DNA of 63,470 bases, the filler included, from Olpidium bornovanus S191 (lineage: Eukaryota > Fungi > Olpidiomycota): assembly GCA_017911155.1 (NCBI GenBank). It is 30 parts of 30 records of this genome, joined end to end, with 100 filler letters (N's around TTAATTAATTAA, not from the genome) between each part and the next. Parts side by side here need not be neighbours in the genome. Positions count along the whole stretch, not along the records: positions 1 to 1,040 come from JAEFCI010012740.1; positions 1,141 to 4,273 come from JAEFCI010001619.1; positions 4,374 to 6,561 come from JAEFCI010007081.1; positions 6,662 to 8,291 come from JAEFCI010010481.1; positions 8,392 to 10,559 come from JAEFCI010002392.1; positions 10,660 to 11,894 come from JAEFCI010011946.1; 24 more parts are not named here. One strand, written 5' to 3'. The notes below the pieces were generated by a model that worked only from the letters and a program-made list of their open reading frames with translations, searched no databases and had not been told where the DNA came from. This document shows positions 1 through 11,727 of the stretch, in pieces. Each line of letters opens with the position of its first letter. Positions within the stretch are counted from its first letter, which is position 1. The translations under genes and the position numbers were made by a program.

Positions 1-1040
1 ACGTGCGCCCCCGCCAGTGCCCCGGCGGTGATGTACCGAGGCTGGCCGGCCCGCAAAAGGTGAGGAGATGTCCAGCCCCCTTCCCCCCCCCCCCCCCCGG
101 CCCCTCCTCCGCTTCTCCGGGGCGCGCCAGCCTGAACGATGCGCCGTTTGAACCCACGAACCGGTATGAAAACTTTGCGCAACCGCTTTCCTCTCGTCGG
201 CGCGTCGTCGCGGCGCAGTAGAACAGGGCACGGTCGCCTCATCCCACGGACACTGCGACGCCGTAAATATTCAATCATAACCTTATCCTTCGCTTCCGCC
301 GGCCTTCCTCCACGCGCACCCTCTGGGCGAAACGCGCTGTCCTTTTGCTAATCCCTCCCCCCTCTCCCTCCTGCTCCTTCTCTCTACAAAAAGAAAGTCT
401 GCGCGCGAAGCCAAGCTGCAATTAATTGCATTACGTTTCCCCCCAAAAGAGGAACTCGTGTTGCAGAGGCGTCGAAGCGCGCAGCCGAGCTCTCTTCGCC
501 GGCGGCGCAGAGGCTGAAGAGGCTCGGCACGCTCTCTGCCTCCTCCTGTCGTCGGTTTTCGCGCCGCGATCGTTTGAACCCACCGATATGGTCTGTCACT
601 CGCAGGGCCGTGGGCCACGGCATAGCCAAAGATGTCGACGTGGACCTATAGCGGCCAAATCTTACCGGGCGCCAGTATTTTGCTGTTAGTATTTTTTGAG
701 TGTTGCAACACCCGGACTACGAGTTCCCCGCTTTGGTATGCTTCCCTTCCAAGAAATACAAACAAAGGAAAGAAAGAAAGCCTGATTTTTATGACAATAA
801 TATAACACATTGTTAACGTGATGACTTCAGGCCCACGTAACTTTGTCGCATCATTGGAATCTGGTCTCGCATTGTGTTGTGACGGTTTACATGATTTGAT
901 CCTCGGTTTGTGTTTAGCTCCATGACTAGCGCACCATCAAATCTTATCGAGTGCAACATCGAGTGGACGGAAGCAGCTTTTTGGACGCTTGTGGCCGGCT
1001 TGAGGAAACGGAAATCCTTTTAACCCTTCTCGCCAGACCG

Positions 1041-1140
1041 NNNNNNNNNNNNNNNNNNNNNNNNNNNNNNNNNNNNNNNNNNNNTTAATTAATTAANNNN
1101 NNNNNNNNNNNNNNNNNNNNNNNNNNNNNNNNNNNNNNNN
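1041..1140. other. Artificial contig-joining spacer N44-TTAATTAATTAA-N44 (first of 29)
   Basis: The identical 100-bp block starts at 1041, 4274, 6562, 8292, 10560, 11895, 13029, 14489, 16139, 17424, 20563, 22194, 25667, 29001, 30489, 36407, 37987, 39311, 40884, 42302, 43830, 46344, 48680, 52535, 55892, 57906, 59045, 60444 and 61970. The 12-mer gives stops in all six frames. Confidence 0.99.
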
Positions 1141-1141
1141 C

Positions 1142-1345
1142 ATGTTCCAGGAGCTCTGGAACACCCGCTTGAAGGATTACGACACCGTTTCCTCCTTTAA
1201 CAATGCGTTCAACAGAATTACCAACCAGCTGTTTGAGACACCGCGCAGCATAGTTATTAGTGTGTACCTTCACAACCTCGTCTTTGCGGGGAACAACTTG
1301 TTGGCGTTGCTGGTCCAACGTATTCTTCCTTGCCGTTGTGGATGA
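1142..1345 (+). mobile_element. Possible retrotransposon gag fragment
   Basis: LWNTRLKDYDTVSSFNNAFNRITNQL...VISVYLHNL resembles the gag capsid helical pattern. It is short, at the contig edge, and has no diagnostic motif. Confidence 0.3.
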
Positions 1346-1883
1346 TTTTCCGAAGGAGCCTTTTATACGCTGAGCTGCTGAGCGGGGGCAGCCTCTCGCG
1401 CACCGCGGCCTGAGCCTCAGTGCTTAGGTTGAAAGTAAGGAGCTCTTTATGATTGCTTCCGTGGTCCGCTTGGTGTACCCGTCCCCGCCCATTTCTTCGT
1501 CACTCCCGGCTGACGGGGCGGTGCGGTGCGTGCGGGGCGGGGATGGAAGCGGCTCCTGCGGCTTGTCTTCCGTAAACGCGTTTTGTTTACGCCAAGTCAC
1601 GTGATCTCGCTTGCAGTCCCGCCTCCGTCGCCCAAGTGGTCGTCCAAGGCCCGGAAGTCGCATTTTCCCCAAAACTTCTTTCCCAAACCACTTTCGGATT
1701 TATGAAAAGCTCGCAGGGCCCGACTCCCATCCAAGGTTACCGCTCCCGTCATCACGCACGAGGTCAGCACCGGAAGGCGTTTGAGGTCAGTAAACCAATC
1801 TTCTCGTCCACTGCTGTCGAGGCCAGTGGCCGTTACCAGTGCGCTGGTACGCTGGTAATGTTGGCAGGAACGTGGATGTTCGC

Positions 1884-2220
1884 AGGGAATCCCGGAGGTG
1901 CAGTTACGCGTGCGTGCAACGAGCACCCTCTTCCTCCTCGGGGAGAGTCTCTCGGGAGCGCTTTCCTGTTCCCTCCGGGTAGCCCGTAGGGAAACCCGGA
2001 GGTGCAGTTACGCGTGCAACGTGCACTCGCTTTCTCGAACGAGCACCCTCTTCCTCTGGGAAAGTCCCTCGGGAGCGCTTACCTGTTCCCTCCGGATGAC
2101 CCGTAGGGAAACCCGGAGGTGCACTTACGCGTGCAACGAGCACTTTCCTTCTCCTGAGGAACGTGGTGCACGTGCAATGAGGTCTGGGGAGGGGGTCTCT
2201 CGGGAGCGCTTACCTTCCGG
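1884..2220. repeat. Imperfect tandem repeat, about 104-117 bp unit, about 3 copies
   Basis: AGGGAA(T/A)CCCGGAGGTGCA(G/C)TTACGCGTGC at about 1884, 1988 and 2105. CTCGGGAGCGCTT and ACGAGCAC blocks recur between copies. Confidence 0.75.
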
Positions 2221-2568
2221 GTGGCCTCTGCGGTCAGCCACGCGCAATGCCCCATGCTCCAGAAGTCAAACGGTGGACTATGGATGTATCTTTGCACATC
2301 GACATCATTGCCCAGCGCTTCCTAGCGGTTCCTCTCGAAACTGTTGCGATTGAGGGCACGAGGAGTCTACAGCAGGCGCCATGCGTTCGAGTTCCCCGGG
2401 AAGAGTTTGCGGGAGCTGGAGCGCAAGGGTTAACATTGCAATTACAGCTGTCTGACCATTCGAATCCTGTGGGGGTTTTTTCCCGCAAGGGGTTTTTTCT
2501 CCCGGAAAAGAAAGGGGAACTTGTCAAACACCTCCACGCGGTGCTCCCTGGGCAACGGTCTCTGTCAT

Positions 2569-2750
2569 ACAGAATCGGCTGAGCGTTGACAACCACCCAT
2601 GTCGGCATACAAGGAACTTTGAGACACGTGTCCCCTGGAAAGAATTGGCAGGATACTGGCAAACCACAGAACCGGCTGAGCGTTGACAACCACCCATGTT
2701 CGCATACAAGGAACTTTGAGACACGTGTCCCCGGAAAAAATTGGCGGGAT
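2569..2750. repeat. 97-bp direct tandem duplication
   Basis: ACAGAA(T/C)CGGCTGAGCGTTGACAACCACCCATGT...AAGGAACTTTGAGACACGTGTCCCC at 2569 and 2666. Confidence 0.88.
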
Positions 2751-3304
2751 GTTATCAAACCGTGAGTTCGGCTGCGTCGTTCAGTTTGAAGTCGGATTTC
2801 TCACGGTTTTTCATGCGCTCTTCGCAAAAAAAAAGAAGATGCGCCTGTCAAAAGAAGAAGCGCCCATTAAAAAAAATGTGCCCGTCGCAAAAAAGAAGAT
2901 CCGACGACAATGGAAAAACTGACGCAAGGTAAAAAAAAAAAAAAAAAAAAAAAGACGTTTGAGGCGAAACGGGAACAGGAGGGATGTAGGCGCCGCCGGC
3001 GGTAGCGGACGAGAACTCCCGCAGTCCCCGGAGAAGAAGACGGGCGGCCGCTGGGTGGGGGTCGGGAGGAGAACCCCGCCGAGAGAAAAAACAAAAAAAC
3101 AATTCCCCGCAAGCTTATTTGGCAGAGCAAGAGCGAGGCGCGGGTGGTTGGTTGGTTGTCAAGGCGACCGCGACAACGACCTTCACCCCAGTCACCTCAC
3201 CCCCCGCGAAAATACGAGCTCCCCTTCCACCCCGCCCCACGTCCCACCCGGGGCTTTTCGAGCGCTGCCAATCAAAAAGAGAACGAAAGGAAAAAAGAAA
3301 AAAA

Positions 3305-4038
3305 ATGCCGCGCGCCGAGACCGTGCCGTACAACCTGCGGCGGCCGCAGCGCAGCGGCTCCCTGAGCGGGAACCCTTTCTCGGGGCCGCCCGTGCGCAAG
3401 AGCAAGCTCTCGCACGACATCACCGCCTCGGTGGCCGGCCACGGCGGCTGCAGCGAGCGGCCGCGGAGCGGCGGCGGCGGGCACAAGCGGCCCGCCTTGG
3501 CCGGCTCGCCCCTCGCGGCGGCGTCGACGACCCAGCAGCAGCGCCCGCGCCAGCAAAAGCAGAAGCAGCAGCAGCAGCAGCAGGTCGCGCGCCTGTGTCA
3601 GCACTGCCGCAACCCCGTCGCCGAGTCGGAGCAGGTCTGCCCGTGTGTCGCGCATATGATGGGTGAGAAAGGTAAAGGGGCCCACCCTCCCCACCCTCGC
3701 GCCGCGCCTGAGTGACCCGAGACAAGGCTGGCGCGGCGGGTGTGCGCTTCTCGCGTTTCTGTTTGTGAAGCCACTCCCTTTTTCTTTTTTTTTCCCTCCG
3801 AGGCACGTCCAGTTGACCCCTGCCGAAACTGTTGGGTTCCCTGACAATTTCCGCGGACCTCCTCGCCCGCCACCGCCCTGCAGGGGCGGGCCACCGCGAC
3901 CCGAAGGAGATGGAGAAAGCGGCGGCCGCCCAGTTCAACCCGAACTATCACGCCCAAGGGACGACTTCCGCCGCGTTCGGCCAGGTCCAGCCGCAGAAGA
4001 TCGTGGCTGGCCGGCGAGCGGGCAGGTTTGCGCCGTGA
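3305..4038 (+). CDS. Hypothetical protein, Q-rich with CQHC...CPC cluster (probably spliced)
   Basis: ATG at 3305 after an A-rich leader; MPRAETVPYNLRRPQ...QQQQQQVARLCQHCRNP; a later coding-like segment EMEKAAAAQFNPNYHAQGTTSAAFGQ ends at TGA 4038. Splice sites not resolved. Confidence 0.4.
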
Positions 4039-4195
4039 AAGGGCCGCCGTCGAAGCCTCCCGGGGCCGATGCTCGAAAAACGGGAGCGACGTCGGGGTGT
4101 GGAGGGGGGGATGTGCATTCGCCGAAGGTTCACGTGGAGCCTTTTTATCTTTTTGTTGGAGCTCGCCCGGTCCGCAATAAACCCCACTCCCCTTC

Positions 4196-4271
<76 letters not shown>

Positions 4272-4460
4272 CANNNNNNNNNNNNNNNNNNNNNNNNNNN
4301 NNNNNNNNNNNNNNNNNTTAATTAATTAANNNNNNNNNNNNNNNNNNNNNNNNNNNNNNNNNNNNNNNNNNNNATTTCTTAATTACTTGCAGAAGCGCAC
4401 TCTGTATTCTCCAGGGTCTAAATATTGGCCGCAGGTTGTTGCTCTAGTACCTGTTCATTT

Positions 4461-4719
4461 CATGACTTTCTTCTGCGCGCGGCCGACTGCGGGATGGACG
4501 ATCGCTTCGAGTGCGGCAAGCTCGTGGCGGTTGCCGAGCACGCGGCGGCCGAGTTCCTGGCGATCGACGCCGCGCGGACCGGTGGTGCCGGGAAAGCGCG
4601 CCTCGATCGCGGCGACCAAGGCACCGCCGGGACCTTGCAGGCGGTGAACTTCGGCATCGGCGTCGAACACCGGCACCCCTTCGCGTTCGAACATCGTTGC
4701 CGCGGTCGACTTCCCCATG
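4461..4719 (-). CDS. coaE: Bacterial (Sphingomonadaceae-like) dephospho-CoA kinase fragment, probable chimeric insert
   Basis: MGKSTAATMFEREGVPVFDADAEVHRLQGPGGALVAAIEARFPGTTGPRGVDRQELG...LEAIVHPAV matches alphaproteobacterial CoaE. The P-loop lacks its GLTGSIG start and is cut exactly at CATG (4716-4719); CATG also lies at 4461-4464. Confidence 0.85.
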
Positions 4720-5183
4720 ACCATTTCAGGACTACGGTGGCAATCTCTTCGTGCGTTCACGAATGCGGCACAGCCGTGGAATCGCGCGCGACGCGCTACC
4801 ATCGCGACACAACTGCTCCGGCGCCGTCCACTGCACCCTCGGTCCGCCTGCTTCGATTCCAATGCACAACGCCACTCGGTGAGAATTGCGGCAGATCAAG
4901 GGGAAGTGCCAAGGGCTCATTGAGCGCTTGCTCTATATCCGCCCCCACCCAAGCACGGCCAGTTTGCAGTTTCTTTCGCAACCCAACGGAGACCCCATCG
5001 GCGACGCACCTCGGTGCTGCAGAGCGCGCTGCTTCCCTTTCCGGGTGCGACGATGCGGTGGATTGGGAAAGGGGGGCCCGTCGAAAAAAACTATCTCTTA
5101 TACTTTTGTACTTTTTTTGCAGTCGGACTTTTTCAAACTCACCCTGTCGGCCACCGAGCGCCGCCGCCCCTCCGTCAGCACGT

Positions 5184-6218
5184 ATGACAGCGGCGCCGCA
5201 GAAGTCACAAGGAGCTCTGCCGCCCGCACGTCGTGCAGCACGCGAGGAGAACCGCCCGCCTGTGGCCCTGCTCGATTACGATGCGCTCCGCCTCGTCCTG
5301 CTCGCCGTAGGCGAGGCGTCCGTGGCCGCCCTGCTCACCTGCGAACGGGTGTGCCGGGCCTGGCGAGACGTGCTGAGGGGCGGTGTCGGCGACGACAAGG
5401 TCCCGGAAGCGGGCGGCGCGACGGCGAGCGGAGCCGCGGCGTCGTCCACGGCGAGCAGCGCGTTTTGGCACGAGCTCGTCCGGCGGAGGTGGACACAAAG
5501 CATCGGCGCAGTCCGGAGCGTCAGTCTGGCCGAGTAGGTATCGGGCGAGAATCTTCCTCGGTGTTGTCGATCGATCTGGAGGCGCGCCGCGTATTCTGTC
5601 TCATAGTACCTGTCGGGAGCCTTTCGCTCATGCCGTCAAACCCCCGTGACCCGCAGGCCGCACCATCTTGCCCGCGTCTTGCTGGTGGATCCTGACGTCC
5701 GGCAGACGGCAACAGGAATCCTGGTCGGACCTTCGACAACCAGTCCCGCGTCGCTCTCCAACCCGCGGTCGTTTGTCCTGGGACTGCACAAGCTTCATAC
5801 CGCGCTCGCCTGCCTCCGGTCTCTCCCGGACTTCTACCTGGACGCGTACGGTTCCGAAAGTGACGTAGGACTGGAGTCTCTCTACCCGTTCATCGTGTGC
5901 TGGCGCTCGAATGGAATGAGCAGGTCACCCCTCTGCGGCAAGGCAGGGAACATCCGCGCGTCGGACCAGCAGCAAGTGTGGAGATTCTGGGGCTCTTACT
6001 TTGACGACAATAACAGTGGAACGCCAGTCGCGGAAGAGCAGAAGAAACGGGCCTGGGCGTTGCTCCGGAAGATGTTTCCGCAAGCCGTTGCTCTTGTGTT
6101 GCGGGACCATTCGGCAGGCTCCCCTTACATACCAACATACTTCCTAGATGCAAGCTTGGAAGGATACGCGGTGGGATTCACCGCGGAAAGCGTTTGGGAC
6201 GCTGCTGATTATTCGTGA
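5184..6218 (+). CDS. F-box protein (exons 5184-5533, 5657-6218)
   Basis: LLDYDALRLVLLAV...LLTCERVCRAWRDVL...FWHELVRRRW is an F-box pattern. The GTAGGT...GTGAC-CCGCAG intron (5534-5656) joins both exons in frame. Confidence 0.75.
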
Positions 6219-6661
6219 CGTCTCAGACGGCGGACGCGATTTGCGAACTTCCGCGCTGATGTTAGGTCGCACCTTGTATGTCATTGGTCCGGTGATGTGC
6301 CCGCCATCGCTCCTGGATTTGACGGCTGATTGAATGCTGAGAACGCATCAACGCCGCACGAGTTTCCGAAAAACTCGCTGGCTTGGATCAACGTAGACCA
6401 AAATCACCATTCTTTTTCTCTTCGTATGCCCCTAAACTAACACGATGAACCACGAACTATTCCAAGCGAAAACGCAATTTCCTTCCTCCTCACCGTAGAA
6501 TCACAGCGGGAAGCGACGGCAGTGAACGAAGTCCTTCATTTGCTACGTGATCGTTCTCATGNNNNNNNNNNNNNNNNNNNNNNNNNNNNNNNNNNNNNNN
6601 NNNNNTTAATTAATTAANNNNNNNNNNNNNNNNNNNNNNNNNNNNNNNNNNNNNNNNNNNN

Positions 6662-8291
6662 CCACGGAAATTTGCCGCCAGTAAACAGGCGCGACAGGAA
6701 GTGGAAAAAGCCCCGAAGAAGGCGTTGGTCCCTTTTGACCGGCTGCAGCAGTTATCGGCGCTTGCGCAAGACGGAAAGCTGGGGGAACTCCTGGCGGATC
6801 GGTCGTTTCGGAAAGCGGGAGAATCCGAAGAAAAACACGTCTGTCTGCATTTGTCACGAATTCTCAAACAGAAGGTCGGTAGCCTGCGGACCAGCCTAAA
6901 GGACTCGTTGGTCAGGTGAGAAGAAGCTTCGAAACATCTGGTTTTCTTTTAACCCTGCATTGCCGAGCTGGCTACGGGGTCGCGTTGACTATGATGCGAA
7001 TTTGCGCAGGAAGCTGAAATCCGCCCTGGACCAGCTGGGTTGGCCAACTCCATTTTCCGGCAGAAACGTTCCGCCCTCGGACAAACTTCGCAATTTCCGG
7101 CGGGCTTTTACGGATCTGCCTCAGTTGCATCCGTAAGCCGAGCTTGCAGTTGTTCGCTGCCGAGAGCTTCTGGCGATGTGCCGGGAGGCACATTCACGTC
7201 CCTCCGCGTCCGACAACGCAGTTCGGCGAGGAATGTGGTCACGTCCGAGCGCATACTGGCAGTCGAAGTCATGCTTGAACCGCTGATCAAGCGATTTCGG
7301 TACCACTTCATGGGAAAGAGGCTGACTAACAGGCTAGAAAAGGTCCGTGTGCGTCCGGCGCCGGCAGTTTTCCACACGATGAAATATCCTGCTAAAGCAT
7401 CGCCGTCTGATTTCCCAGTCGGAATGGTTTTTTTCGCACATGATAGCAAACGTGCGTGATCACAGCCAGTTTATCAGGGGCGAAATTCAATTGCTTCTGG
7501 ACGAGTCTGGATTGACGGAATATGTCGCTCAGGCAAGTCCGTCTGCTCGGGGTCGCGCGACTCCGGATGCCTCCGGTATCTAACGGTTTTGCGCCGCGAT
7601 CGTTTCTGCCCGGCTTTCCTTCTTTTTTTTTGTTTTTGTTTCCAGGACGAATTTATTTGTGGCCTAATCGGCGCCATCGACGCCAGCTGGCGGACGACAT
7701 TCCTCGCCTGCTTCGCCACCCCGGTTTCATTTCGCACACGATGACGGAAGCTTTCCACTTTGACGAGGCGATCCGCAACGATTACCTCTACCTGGATCCG
7801 GCCGCTGGGGCGGAGTGGCCCGGAACAATGGAAGTGCTTGCGGGGAATCAAGAAGTGTTTGACGCATTCCTGCGGACGGAAAAGGAATGTGAGTTTTTCG
7901 CTGCGTTTTTGGATGCGACGATTCGTCGATTGTATCCGCTTGACCCGCCCTCCCATTTCCGCGTCATGCAAATTATGTATCGCTTGCAGTTGCCTTACAC
8001 AAATTCGCAGAAATCGTCGAGGCTGACGACGCTTGGTCGATAATCGACGAGGAGGGCGGAGATGACGACGATGCAAGGCCCACGCATTTAGCCGATCGCG
8101 TGTGCATCCTCGTTGCTGCCGTCACAGGTACGCCGACCGTCCTTTGGACTCGCTTGCTTCGACGCATCCGGGCAGCTGACGGCATAAATGCAGAAAAATA
8201 TCCGCAGGTTTCGCGAAAGGCGCACCGGATACGGCTGTTTGTTTCCCTCCAGGTGGCTGTTCTGGAGCGCTACTGCGACGCCATGCAGAAG
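6662..8291 (+). CDS. TIP20: RINT-1/Tip20 family (Dsl1/NRZ tether) subunit, partial, multi-exon
   Basis: VEVMLEPLIKRFRYHFMGKRLTNRLEK matches the family motif RFxYHFxGxxxTNRLxK. Also HTMTEAFHFDEAIR, PTHLADRVCILV and FVSLQVAVLERY. Confidence 0.85.
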
Positions 8292-8405
8292 NNNNNNNNN
8301 NNNNNNNNNNNNNNNNNNNNNNNNNNNNNNNNNNNTTAATTAATTAANNNNNNNNNNNNNNNNNNNNNNNNNNNNNNNNNNNNNNNNNNNNGCATGCGTA
8401 TCGTA

Positions 8406-8850
8406 CTTGACGAGGGCTTTCAAACAAGGCAAAAATTAGCCAAACTTGAATGTGATTACCAGAAAACCAAAAATAGTACTAATAGTATTTACTTCAACCC
8501 AGACCTGATCACTTGCCACCAGTCAATGAGATCAAAGTGTAAAACTTTGAAACTTGACACCCTTACATTGCTTGATGAGGGCTCTCCAACAAACTACAAC
8601 ACTGCCAGATCCGATTACAGGATGCTGAAAACACAGTACCCGAAAAAAACGCGAAAATAGTACTGATAGTATTCTCTTCAACTCAAACCTGATCACTTGC
8701 CACTAGATAATGAGATCAAAGTGTAAAATTTTCAAACTCGCCACCCTTACACAGCTCGACGAGGGCTTTCCAGCGAGCTAAACCGCTGCCGGATCCGATA
8801 ACAGATGCTTAAAATGCAAAACCCAAAAAAAGCGAGAAAATATTGTTTGA
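8406..8850. repeat. AT-rich 184-bp satellite-like tandem repeat, about 2.5 copies
   Basis: AAAATAGTACT(A/G)ATAGTATT offset by 184 bp (8470/8654). CT(T/C)GA(C/T)GAGGGCT at 8406, 8571 and 8755. CCTGATCACTTGCCAC...ATGAGATCAAAGTGTAAAA in both full units. Confidence 0.88.
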
Positions 8851-9179
8851 GAGGTTTTGCATTTCGCGTGGGGCGTTGTATTTTACGCGTCTCGTAGACT
8901 AGTAGTAATGCATTGTGGGGTTCTGACCCCTACAAATCTCCCTTCGGTCAATTCCAGCCCCTCCCGGGTCCCCCCCCCCCTTCCTCTCCCCTCCCAAACG
9001 GTCACGTGAGAGGCTGGAAACCCGGCCGTTTTTTTTTTCCTGCCCCGCCCTTTCCATTTCCCCGCCCGGGCCAAATTCCCCCACTCTCGACGCGCGCCGC
9101 GGCAGGGCGGAGAAAGACCCAACCCGCGGGGAAAATAAGAAGAAAAGAAAAAGGAGGACCGACGACCCACGGCGACGGC

Positions 9180-10354
9180 ATGTGGCGGGCGAGCAGCGGG
9201 GGAAAGGGCGCTCGGAGAAGACCCGGCGCGCCAGCCGGGTGCTGCCGCCGCCGCCGCCCCTCCCGCCGCCGCCTCCGCAGCAGCGTCCTCCGCCACCTGC
9301 TACTGGTGCTCGCCGCGGTGTGCGCGGCGGCGGCGGCGGCGGCCGGCGGCGCCGGGCCCGGGCTTATCGGCGGCGTGGCGGCGCCGCCGCCTGCACGCGG
9401 AATGCCGCCCCCGCCGCCCGCCGTCGGAGAGCAGCCCCCGGCCGGCCGCGGCCGGCGCCCGTGGCGGGCGGCGGCACACGGCGCACCCGCCGAGAACGTG
9501 TCGGTGATCGCCAAGTCGAGGCGCGGCCCTGTGCCCAAGTCCCCGCGCCGGGATTCCGCCGCGCGTTTCCAGAACGTCCCGCCGGCCACGTGGTGCGTTT
9601 TGCTTTGCGGTGGCCGGGTTGGGTGGGGAAGGAGGGGGGGGGGGATGCCTGAGGGAGTGCACCTGGACAATGGAGTGCGATTTTTTTCGCGGCAGCGCAG
9701 GACTCGGAGAGCCGTCGACCTATTCTTCTTCTTCCTTTTTTTTTCTTTTTTTCTTTTCCCCCAGTCGTGTCCCGACCGGGTCGCGGCTTGGCAAGGGGAA
9801 GACGCACGAAAGTTTCCCATTGCCAGCTGCCGGATTTACAAAATATCTTTTCAAACGACGCTTATCCCTCATCTTCCCCCCTCCTTTTCTCCCACAGGAC
9901 ACCGTCGGACACGACGGCAGTTCCACCGTCCGCCGCCAAGACGCCGCAGAACAGTTCCCCGGAAGGCGTTGCGGGACAGGCGGGCGGGGTCGGCGTCAAG
10001 GGCTCCGGAGCGGTTTCGGAAGATGTTGTCAGGCCGGGGGAACGTGCCGGCGACACTCAGGTTGTCCCGGACGGGCACGTGATTTCGGCGGCGGAAATCG
10101 CCGCGCCGTCGCCCCCTTCCTCGTCGCCGCCCGCAGCGCTTGACCCGCCCGGCACCTCGTCGGAACCGTCGACGATTGCGACGACAGCGACGACGGTGAG
10201 CGGCAGCGCGCCGGACGCGCAGAAGGAGACGAGTCCGGCGACGACTGACAATCCCGCTCCGCGAGAAACCGCGCCGCCGAAGCTCCCGGACGTGGACGTG
10301 ACCTACTCTTGTGCGGCAGTGAGCGAGTGTGAGCCCTGCGCGCTGTCCGCAACT
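9180..10354 (+). CDS. Secreted/membrane Ser-Thr-Pro-rich protein, partial (possibly JTB-like)
   Basis: Hydrophobic stretch HLLLVLAAVCAAAAAAA; CAG acceptor near 9898; S/T/P-rich stalk; exon ends YSCAAVSECEPCALSAT|GTAAGG. The CxxxxxCxPC spacing resembles JTB-type domains (weak). Confidence 0.45.
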
Positions 10355-10684
10355 GTAAGGAAACCGGCACATTCGCTCCCTGGCCGCCCCCTTCTCTTCG
10401 CCTCGGTCCTCGCCAGATCTCGGGGGACATCCGGGGGCAGCGGTATCCCTGATCTGCGTGCCACGTGGACGCGCCTACCATTTGACGCGCACAGGTTTTC
10501 TGACGTAATGCTTCTCACCCCCCCCCCCCCCCCCCCCCCCCCCGCCCCGCCCCCCCGCCNNNNNNNNNNNNNNNNNNNNNNNNNNNNNNNNNNNNNNNNN
10601 NNNTTAATTAATTAANNNNNNNNNNNNNNNNNNNNNNNNNNNNNNNNNNNNNNNNNNNNACATGTAATAGGCGACAACACGCAC

Positions 10685-11393
10685 CAAGACCATAAGCAAA
10701 TATATTCGGCAGGGTTCTGCTTGACCAGAAGAAGACGTGGAACTGGCAGCATTGCAGTAGTCCCATGACGTTCGCCACGGGCGCCCCAAAAACCTGCCGG
10801 GCGGCCTTACGCAACCTGGCCAGGCAGCTCGCATTGTACAACCCAAGAATCATCCGCACTGCACAAATATCGTGCGAAGAGCGCTTTCGAGTCTCGGTAA
10901 GGCTTTAACGGAACGCTATGGCCCACAGCAAGCAGAAAAGCGGATTTCGCTGCAGCATACCAATGATCTGTAGAATCAACTTGTTCTCCATTAGCGGATC
11001 GAATATGCTCTGGATCAGGGCCAGTGGGTATGTCGCGGCAGCCAATAGGCAGCTACCTATGAAAGTTCGCGGCACGGCACCCGGGAACTCAAAATGATCA
11101 TACTGTCGAACAGGGTTTTCAGCACGCGGCGTGGGCGATGACAAACGAAAACAGGCGATTGGCCCGGTCAAAATCTCTGCGACAGATACGAGCGCAAGTT
11201 ACCGGAGCGAAGAGACCCGCTGGCCCTCCTCCGGGACCGCTCGCCGGCACCCCACCTTGTCAAGTCTTGTCGGGCCGTATATCAGTAGGTCGTGGACGGC
11301 TTGAATGTTGAAGCTCTCTTCCACTTTTGTATAGGGCGCAAGGATGATGTTCGCGGCGACCAGCAGGACGAAAAAGACGTCTAGCAAGTCCAT
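10685..11393 (-). CDS. ALG12: Dol-P-Man alpha-1,6-mannosyltransferase, 5' part (exons 11393-11256, 11102-10961, 10858-10685)
   Basis: [32 protein letters not shown] and [14 protein letters not shown], with canonical GT-AG introns in frame. Confidence 0.93.
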
Positions 11394-11727
11394 CGTTCCC
11401 TACTGGCCAAGAGTAGTTCGCTCAGCGACGCTCAACTCTGCGGCAGCAGGGCTAAGATGCCGTCCGTGCGGCGTTGCGAGGCAGCCGCCTTCGAAACCTC
11501 GCGCGGCTCTCGGCAGTCCTTGCGCCTCCCGCCGCGTCTTCTCGCGGAGAGTCCGGGGCCTTTGGCTCCGTCGGCGCGGAGCGCGTACAAGCGGCGCGCG
11601 GCGTTTACGAGCCGCGGGCAGGAGAAGGCACCGTGCCGGAAACGTCGATTTCGATGCCTTTGGCATTAGCGGAGCGAACGTCACCGGTGCGGGGAAAAAA
11701 AAAAAAAAAAAAAAAAGCAAGGATGCG

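Noticed and set aside
1085-1096. TTAATTAATTAA as a biological motif (homeodomain or PacI site), and ORFs ending in XXX-LIN
   Set aside because: It is part of the identical synthetic spacer; ORFs crossing it are artefacts.
4069-4329. Poly-Pro/poly-Gly/poly-Phe ORFs (also 21452-22054, 38236-38735, 52336-52590, 56293-56868)
   Set aside because: These are translations of homopolymer tracts, not coding sequence.
4461-4719. Genuine bacterial-to-fungal HGT of coaE
   Set aside because: The fragment is partial, intronless, unameliorated and bounded by CATG at both ends in an assembly with CATG-biased breaks. A chimera is more parsimonious.
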